NCBI GenBank assembly: GCA_965207065.1
Contig: OZ242260.1
Span: 2,880,001 to 2,944,000, forward strand
From: a bacterium
Lineage (GTDB): Bacteria > UBA8248
Direction: 5' to 3'
Length of the DNA: 64,000 nt
Both the position numbers and the translations under genes were made by a program. Of this stretch, positions 58,477 to 64,000 are shown piece after piece; positions within the stretch are counted from its first letter, which is position 1, and each line of letters opens with the position of its first letter. The notes under the pieces were generated by a model, which saw only the letters and a program-made list of their open reading frames with translations, was not told the DNA's origin and made no database searches.

Positions 58477-59682
58477 TCACCCGTTGCAATGCGCCACTGC
58501 GGCGGTGGCGAACATGCCGGCGGCGTCGACGAGGTTCTGCGCGGGCACGCGCTCGTTCGGCAGATGGGCTTCGGAGATGAACTCGCCGGGGCCGAAGAAG
58601 ACGCCCGGAATCCCGTTCTCGATGAACAGCCTGAGCGCGCCGGGGGACTCGATGCCGGGGAGAAACTCGTTCGGCGTACCGCGCACGGCGGGCACGACGC
58701 GCTCCATGAGCTGCACGACGGGCTCATCCTCGGCGATTTCCGTTACCTCGCGCGCGCCGCTCGGCATGATCTCCACCGACGCCTCGAACTCGGGGTCATC
58801 CGCCGCGAGTTCTGCGAGAATGCCCTCCAGCTTCTCCTTGACGCCGGCGGACGTCTGCCCCGGCAGCATGCGCACGTCGAAGGTGGCGCTGCACCGCCCG
58901 CCCACAACGTTCACCGCTGAGCCTCCGTTGATTGTGGAGAAGGCGAGGGTGCCCGGCCCCAGGAAGGGGTGGGGCGGAGGCGCGATGCGCTCGGCCTTGA
59001 AGGCGTCGATGATTTTCGCCATCTTCTCGATGGCGTTGACCCCCTTATCGGGCACGCTCACGTGCACCGAGCGACCCCGGACCTTGACCTCGAAGAACAC
59101 CCGCCCCTTGAAGGAGCGGATGATGTTGTTGCCCGTCGATTCGGTGTAGAGGACCATGTCGCCGCCGAGTTCCTTCAGGATGCCGTTGTTCACGAGCGAT
59201 TGCGCGCCGTAGTAATCGCCCTTCTCGCCGTCTGAGAGCAGGACCCAGGTGAGCGTTCCGTTGAGCGAGATTTTCTCATCCTTGAGAGCCTTGAGCGCGC
59301 CGATGGTGGACGCCAGCGCGCCCTTCATGTCGGCGGCGCCGCGCCCCCAGATTTCGCCGTTTATGAGTTCGCCGCTGAAAGGGGGAACCTCCCAGGCGTC
59401 CACTTCTTCGGGATGGACGGGCACGGTGTCCATGTGGCCGCCGATGACGAAATGACCGCCCGGACCGCCGTCTCCCGTGCGGATGATGAAGTTGGGCATT
59501 CCCGATTCGTATTCATAAGTGGTGATATCACCAACGCCGATGGCTTTGAGCTCAGCGAGGATGCGCTCGGCCATGTCCGAGCAGTCGCCGGGCGGGTTTT
59601 CCGCCGGTATGCGGATCAAATCCTGTGCCAAGCCTACGACGTAGTCCCCATCCACGGGAACGGGGGTGATGGCGTTACTCAT
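58477..59682 (-). CDS. M20 family metallopeptidase/deacylase, ArgE/DapE-like
   Basis: GHMDTVP, GRGAADMKG, DGE (normally DEE), H...P..GVNAI and AH.PNE. Confidence 0.85.
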   Translation of the reverse strand: MSNAITPVPVDGDYVVGLAQDLIRIPAENPPGDCSDMAERILAELKAIGVGDITTYEYESGMPNFIIRTGDGGPGGHFVIGGHMDTVPVHPEEVDAWEVPPFSGELINGEIWGRGAADMKGALASTIGALKALKDEKISLNGTLTWVLLSDGEKGDYYGAQSLVNNGILKELGGDMVLYTESTGNNIIRSFKGRVFFEVKVRGRSVHVSVPDKGVNAIEKMAKIIDAFKAERIAPPPHPFLGPGTLAFSTINGGSAVNVVGGRCSATFDVRMLPGQTSAGVKEKLEGILAELAADDPEFEASVEIMPSGAREVTEIAEDEPVVQLMERVVPAVRGTPNEFLPGIESPGALRLFIENGIPGVFFGPGEFISEAHLPNERVPAQNLVDAAGMFATAAVAHCNG

Positions 59683-59757
59683 GAAAAACTCCTTTCCAAT
59701 CGAAAAATTCATTCACACAAAGCTCCGAGGGACGAGAATGTCCGCCCGGGTCGTAAG

Positions 59758-60942
59758 CTACAAATTGAGCGCCAGGCGGCTTACGGTGATTTCGGTTTCC
59801 TCCAGAATTTCCGCCCGCGTCGTTTTTCCGCTGAGAACGGCCGTCAACTCCTCGTGCAGGAGGTCCACGGCTTGATCCCTGGAAATCTCGCCGCGCATGA
59901 CGCCGCTGATGTCGAGATCGGTGTTCTCCGCCATGCGCGCCGCCGTCCGGGGGTTCGCCGTCACCTTGATGGTGGGGGAGACGGGGTGCCCGATGGGGTT
60001 TCCGTTCCCCGTGTTGAAGACGATGGCCTGCGACCCGCACGCGGCCAGCGCGGTGACGTTCTCGACCCCGGCGCTCGGCGCGTCCAGGAAAACGCAGCCG
60101 CGCTCTTTCGTAATTTCGCCGGGAACGATGACGTCGGCGATATCGCGCGTACCCGCTTTTTTCACCGCGCCCAGGCTTTTCTCTTCAATCGAGGAGAGAC
60201 CGCCCTGGATGTTGTCCTCGGTCGGGTTGCAGCCGATGATGTCCATCCCCATCTCGTGGGCGTAGTCCATCGTGCGCTTCACAGCTCCCAGCAGCTTCCG
60301 CCGCACCTTTGGACTCGCCGCCCGTTTTGCGAGAAGGTGCTCGGCGCCGACGATCTCCATGGTCTCTGAAAACAGCACGACGCCGCCCGCGTCCACGATC
60401 CTGTCCGCCAGAACGCCGGTGACCGGGTTCGCCACCAGCCCGCTCGTGGTGTCCGAGCCGCCGCATTCCGTGCCCAGGGTGATCTCGGACAGATCGCACC
60501 TTTGCCGCCTTGCCGCGCTCAGGTGGCGGTAGAGCTTCTGGGCGATCTCCACCCCACGGCTCGCCGTCTGCAGCGTGCCGCCCGTCTCGTGGATGGTTAA
60601 GGTCTCGATAGGCATCCAGGGCGATGCCGCAGCCGCCACGTCGGCCAGGTCCTGCGCGCTCTTGGGCTCCAGGCTCACGACGATGGCCGCGCCCACGTTC
60701 GGGTGGCCCGCCGTGCGGCCCATCACGCGGTAGTGCTGCCTCTCGTCCTCGCCGAAGAGGTTTCGTCCGAAAGTCGTGTTCACGATGACGGCCTCGCGCA
60801 CGAGTTTCCCGATCCGCCGCGCGAGGGGGTTGGCGTTGTCCATCGCGCTCACGACGACGAGGTGGTTCCGCGCGCCGGGCGGTCCGCTCGGCCGTTTGTA
60901 GCCCATGAAGGTGTTGCCCGGTTTTCTTCTCGGCAATCTCAT
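59758..60942 (-). CDS. UxaA/GarD/SuyB family hydro-lyase, catalytic subunit without SAF domain
   Basis: GYKR..G..G.RN, HPNVG, ECGGSD.TSG...NP, GN..GGLS.IEEKSLG-like segment and F.TG.G.P.G.P..P.IKV. Confidence 0.85.
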   Translation of the reverse strand: MRLPRRKPGNTFMGYKRPSGPPGARNHLVVVSAMDNANPLARRIGKLVREAVIVNTTFGRNLFGEDERQHYRVMGRTAGHPNVGAAIVVSLEPKSAQDLADVAAAASPWMPIETLTIHETGGTLQTASRGVEIAQKLYRHLSAARRQRCDLSEITLGTECGGSDTTSGLVANPVTGVLADRIVDAGGVVLFSETMEIVGAEHLLAKRAASPKVRRKLLGAVKRTMDYAHEMGMDIIGCNPTEDNIQGGLSSIEEKSLGAVKKAGTRDIADVIVPGEITKERGCVFLDAPSAGVENVTALAACGSQAIVFNTGNGNPIGHPVSPTIKVTANPRTAARMAENTDLDISGVMRGEISRDQAVDLLHEELTAVLSGKTTRAEILEETEITVSRLALNL

Positions 60943-61700
60943 TCTCCCGTATTGGTGTAAAAGCCTTGGAGCCGTGCTCTTTTATTGTCGAATTTGGCCA
61001 ACCAATCTTCGATTTTAGTGTCCTGAAACGTCTTGATCTTGTGTTCTCTGTTTTTGCAGAAATATTCCCTGCCCTTGCAAGACCTGTACGCTGCGGTTGC
61101 TACATTTTTAGCCGATGGGTAACAACCGTTGTTTAGTGTCGGACGCGTTACAGTAGCTAGTAGTGCATCGAAATCGAGGTCTGAGTGGCCTCCTATCTTC
61201 GGCCAAGGGATTTTCAGAAAACCACGCCGATTGACCACGACTTCTTCACCATAAGTTCTGATTATTTTTTTTCCATAGTCAGGTTCATCGGACACACGCT
61301 TGGTCCAACTGCTGCGCAGATCATCGGGTACTGGACGCTCTGGATTCTCAAGGAGTGCGACGCAACCCCACCCATCCTTAGCCGAAAAGCGGTTGTTCGC
61401 ATTCTCACCTTTGTGTGTCTCGGCAGTCCATAGGCACACCGCTTCCTTGATGAGGTCTTCGCCGGTAGCCACGTCTTGCGCACATGAGACGACAATGGCT
61501 TGGCCGAGTTGTTCGCGGCAGAGCCAGGAGGAAAAGACCATCGTGTAGGAATCTCCGCGAGTGCTGGAACGGCGCCCATAGCGAATCGGCACTTTTACAT
61601 ACTGCTTCTCGTCCAAGTTAAGGTGGTCGCGCCGCCATTCGTACCTATGACGCTTTTTCTCCCAAAACAACGATCCGATCAGTAATACACCAATCTTCAA
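60939..61700 (-). CDS. Hypothetical protein, low GC; N-terminus resembles gamma-glutamylcyclotransferase-like folds
   Basis: 253 aa ORF with a TTG start and RBS GAGGTG. ATGA overlap with the next gene. IGSLFW motif. Confidence 0.65.
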   Translation of the reverse strand: MKIGVLLIGSLFWEKKRHRYEWRRDHLNLDEKQYVKVPIRYGRRSSTRGDSYTMVFSSWLCREQLGQAIVVSCAQDVATGEDLIKEAVCLWTAETHKGENANNRFSAKDGWGCVALLENPERPVPDDLRSSWTKRVSDEPDYGKKIIRTYGEEVVVNRRGFLKIPWPKIGGHSDLDFDALLATVTRPTLNNGCYPSAKNVATAAYRSCKGREYFCKNREHKIKTFQDTKIEDWLAKFDNKRARLQGFYTNTGE

Positions 61701-61724
61701 TTCTCACCTCTCTATCGAAACCCC

Positions 61725-62564
61725 TCAATCCTCGAATGGCGCTGTGCGGTGGTGGACGTTTACCTCGCGCGTCTTGATATATTCGATGACGCCGACGAGA
61801 CGTTCCACCACGGCCTCGTGGAAGGCGCGCCCTTTCTCCGGGGTGGCCTGCGTCGGGTCGCCGGATTGCCCCTGGTCTCCGATCTCGGCCCGGTATTCGC
61901 TCACCGTCTTGGGGTAGAAAAAGCGCGGTGCGTCCACCGCCGGATCCGAAATATGGTGCCCCGTCATCCACTCGGGATTCGGGTTCGAGTTCTGCGGCGT
62001 GGCTTTTTCCATTTCCACGAGGTGGGGATACATGTGGAGAGCGTGCGATGCTTCCAGTTCGCATGCGTGGCCCTGTCCGCCGGGGGGCGTGGTCCTGATG
62101 TCCGCAATCCTGTCGAAGGCGATGATGCCGACGTCAACGATGGCGAGCGCAGCGCCTGTCTTCTGCCGCATCTGGTTGACGGCGATCTCGAGCGGCGCGA
62201 GGTTGGCCCGCCTGTGCCCGTTCACCAGGATCACCCGGTTGAAGCCGTGGTAGAGGAGGCTGCTCATGATGTCGGTGACGACGGCGGTCAGGGTCTCGGG
62301 TCTCAGCGTTACCGTGCCCGTAAGCGCCATGTGGTTGTTGGTCCAGCCGTACCAGAGGGTGGGGTAGACCAGAACGCCCGCCCGCTGCCCCGCGTCCTGT
62401 GCGACGTAGTGGGCGGCGAGCGCGTCGTGGCCCATGGGCATGTGCGGGCCGTGCTGCTCCACGCTTCCCACGGGCAGAATCGCCATATCGTTTCCCGAAT
62501 CCAGGTAATCGCGCACCTCGCGCCAGCTTTTCTCATGCGCCCAGGGGGTTTCGGCGGCCTCCAT
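61725..62564 (-). CDS. Creatininase/amide hydrolase family protein
   Basis: PVGSVEQHGPH.P.G.D, GT.TL.PET, NGH and HA.E.E.S. Confidence 0.88.
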   Translation of the reverse strand: MEAAETPWAHEKSWREVRDYLDSGNDMAILPVGSVEQHGPHMPMGHDALAAHYVAQDAGQRAGVLVYPTLWYGWTNNHMALTGTVTLRPETLTAVVTDIMSSLLYHGFNRVILVNGHRRANLAPLEIAVNQMRQKTGAALAIVDVGIIAFDRIADIRTTPPGGQGHACELEASHALHMYPHLVEMEKATPQNSNPNPEWMTGHHISDPAVDAPRFFYPKTVSEYRAEIGDQGQSGDPTQATPEKGRAFHEAVVERLVGVIEYIKTREVNVHHRTAPFED

Positions 62565-62591
62565 AGCTATTCTCCTCTCGTGTGGGTTCGA

Positions 62592-62924
62592 CTAGAACAA
62601 AATGCTTCGCAAGCCCGGAAACAGCATGAATGCGCACACGCCCGCGCCGAGGCCCGCGAGCAGGTTTTTTCCCGCAGCATAGAAGACGCCCACGCAGACC
62701 GCCAGCCCCGCGAGGCGGTCGATGAGGTGTGATTCCGCGAGCGCGCCGCCGGGCAGCAGGATGATCTTCATCATCAGGCCGGTGGCGATGGCGTAGGCAA
62801 CGCAGGTCACCCACTCGAAGATGGGGCTGTCGTCCTCAATCCGGCCCGCGATGAGCACCCCCATCCACCGCCAGGAATACGTACAGACGATGGCGATTCC
62901 CAATAAAATCGCGGCGTCAGGCAT
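62592..62924 (-). CDS. azlD: AzlD family membrane protein
   Basis: Small hydrophobic protein with TY.WR..G, overlapping the azlC-like gene. Confidence 0.7.
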   Translation of the reverse strand: MPDAAILLGIAIVCTYSWRWMGVLIAGRIEDDSPIFEWVTCVAYAIATGLMMKIILLPGGALAESHLIDRLAGLAVCVGVFYAAGKNLLAGLGAGVCAFMLFPGLRSILF

Positions 62925-63642
62925 CCTTCTTCCTCATTCTCCCGAACCCGAAGGCGAGCGTTCCGGCCAGGACGCCGCCCGTGAGGAGCCCCCAGTCGGT
63001 GGAGACCGTATACCCCAGCGGCACGAGCGCGCAGCCGAGCACCACCGAGGTCAGAACCGAGCGCTGGCTGCTCCGGGCGGCCAGCAGCAGCATGAAGAGC
63101 GGGGTGATGAGCATGAGCGTCCGCGCGATGAGGCCGGGCATCCTGGAGGCCATCGTGTAGCCGAACGCGGTGCCCAGAAGCCCCATGGACATGCAGGCGG
63201 TCGTGAAGCCGAAGAAATAAGCCGTGCGCAGATGCTTCTCCTGGACGTGGCGGCACATCTCGACGACCTGGACGAAAGAGGTGACCGAGTTGACGTGGGC
63301 CATCCAGAAATGCGCGGTCTCCACGCCCGGCCGTTTCCGCAGCAAGGGCATGGTGGCGATGGTGAGCGGGAACATCCGCACGTTGGCGATGGTGACCGAG
63401 GCGATGAGCGCGACACCCCCGACGCCTGTGGCGAAAAGCTCCACGAAGGCCACCTGGCCCGGCGTGCTCCACATGCCGCCCGTCATGCCCAGCGCGATCA
63501 GGAGCGAGACGCCGCTGTCCCTGGCGAGCGCGCCGAAGCCCGACATGGCGGCGAAAAGCCCGATGCCGGGCGCCTGGGTGCAATGTTTCGCCCCCTGGCG
63601 GAAATACGCCCCCCAGGTTTTTTCGATGCGTCGAAAATCCAT
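62917..63642 (-). CDS. azlC: AzlC family branched-chain amino acid export permease
   Basis: FGALA...G.S, PGQ, N.R and hydrophobic helices. Confidence 0.75.
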   Translation of the reverse strand: MDFRRIEKTWGAYFRQGAKHCTQAPGIGLFAAMSGFGALARDSGVSLLIALGMTGGMWSTPGQVAFVELFATGVGGVALIASVTIANVRMFPLTIATMPLLRKRPGVETAHFWMAHVNSVTSFVQVVEMCRHVQEKHLRTAYFFGFTTACMSMGLLGTAFGYTMASRMPGLIARTLMLITPLFMLLLAARSSQRSVLTSVVLGCALVPLGYTVSTDWGLLTGGVLAGTLAFGFGRMRKKDA

Positions 63643-64000
63643 CAGGCGCTCATGATCTTTTCGAGCTTGTCGGCGGCCTTCAAGCCGTGGCCCGTCACGG
63701 GAACGACCACGATGTCAGACTGCTTGACCCTCCCTTGCTCCTTCAAAAGAGCGAGTGCCGCGAACGCGACGGCGCTCGTCGGCTCCATCAGGATGCCGTT
63801 CGCGCCGAACTCCCGGAGGAGGGGAGGGATGGTTTCGTCCCGGGCGGCGACGAAGCATCCTCCGCTCTCGCGGACGGCGTCTCGCATCTGCTTCCAGCGG
63901 ACGGGCGCGGCGATGGAGATGCCTTCCGCGAGCGTGTCATCAGGAGTGATATCCGGCACGGCTTCCAGGTTTTCCTCCCACATCCGCACCATCGGCGCGC
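63642..64000 (-). CDS. Fold-type II PLP enzyme, threonine synthase-like, 5' partial
   Basis: T.AEGI.I..P, EPTSAVAFAA and V.P.TGHGLK. Confidence 0.8.
   Translation of the reverse strand, partial: APMVRMWEENLEAVPDITPDDTLAEGISIAAPVRWKQMRDAVRESGGCFVAARDETIPPLLREFGANGILMEPTSAVAFAALALLKEQGRVKQSDIVVVPVTGHGLKAADKLEKIMSA

Overview
A 64 kb stretch of a GC-rich bacterial chromosome (about 60-65% GC by eye) in two halves. Positions 1-22.5 kb are mostly housekeeping: dacB (5' partial), recJ, a MidA/NDUFAF7-type methyltransferase, moaD-moaE, a branched-chain amino acid-type ABC transporter with three tandem binding-protein paralogues, trpF-trpB-trpA, leuC-leuD-leuB, asd, mtnP, hemL, an ftsB-like gene and an initiator tRNA-Met. 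Positions 22.5-64 kb are dense in accessory catabolic genes: amidases, Gfo/Idh/MocA and beta-hydroxyacid dehydrogenases, a dialkylglycine decarboxylase-like aminotransferase, a BisC-like molybdoenzyme next to a multi-domain Rid protein, an AibH/PtmU3-like amidohydrolase near a Rieske ferredoxin, cupins, a split NitT/TauT ABC system, an NsrR-truncated haemoglobin cassette and an azlCD/creatininase/UxaA/M20 operon with a low-GC orphan inside it. The strongest signal is at 55078-55677. The ORF track splits it into two pieces, but it reads as one AhpD/CMD-like protein with an in-frame TGA in a C-x-x-U motif, followed by a SECIS-like hairpin, so it is a probable selenoprotein. It lies in a seven-gene operon (three luciferase-like oxidoreductases, a PPOX-class protein, a metallo-beta-lactamase-fold hydrolase and a second CMD protein) for which I recognise no described pathway. 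Three intergenic regions carry nested MITE/REP-like repeats that share modules. No integrase, transposase, CRISPR array or rRNA was seen. All product calls come from motif recognition by eye, not from database searches, and several start codons were moved from the ORF track.
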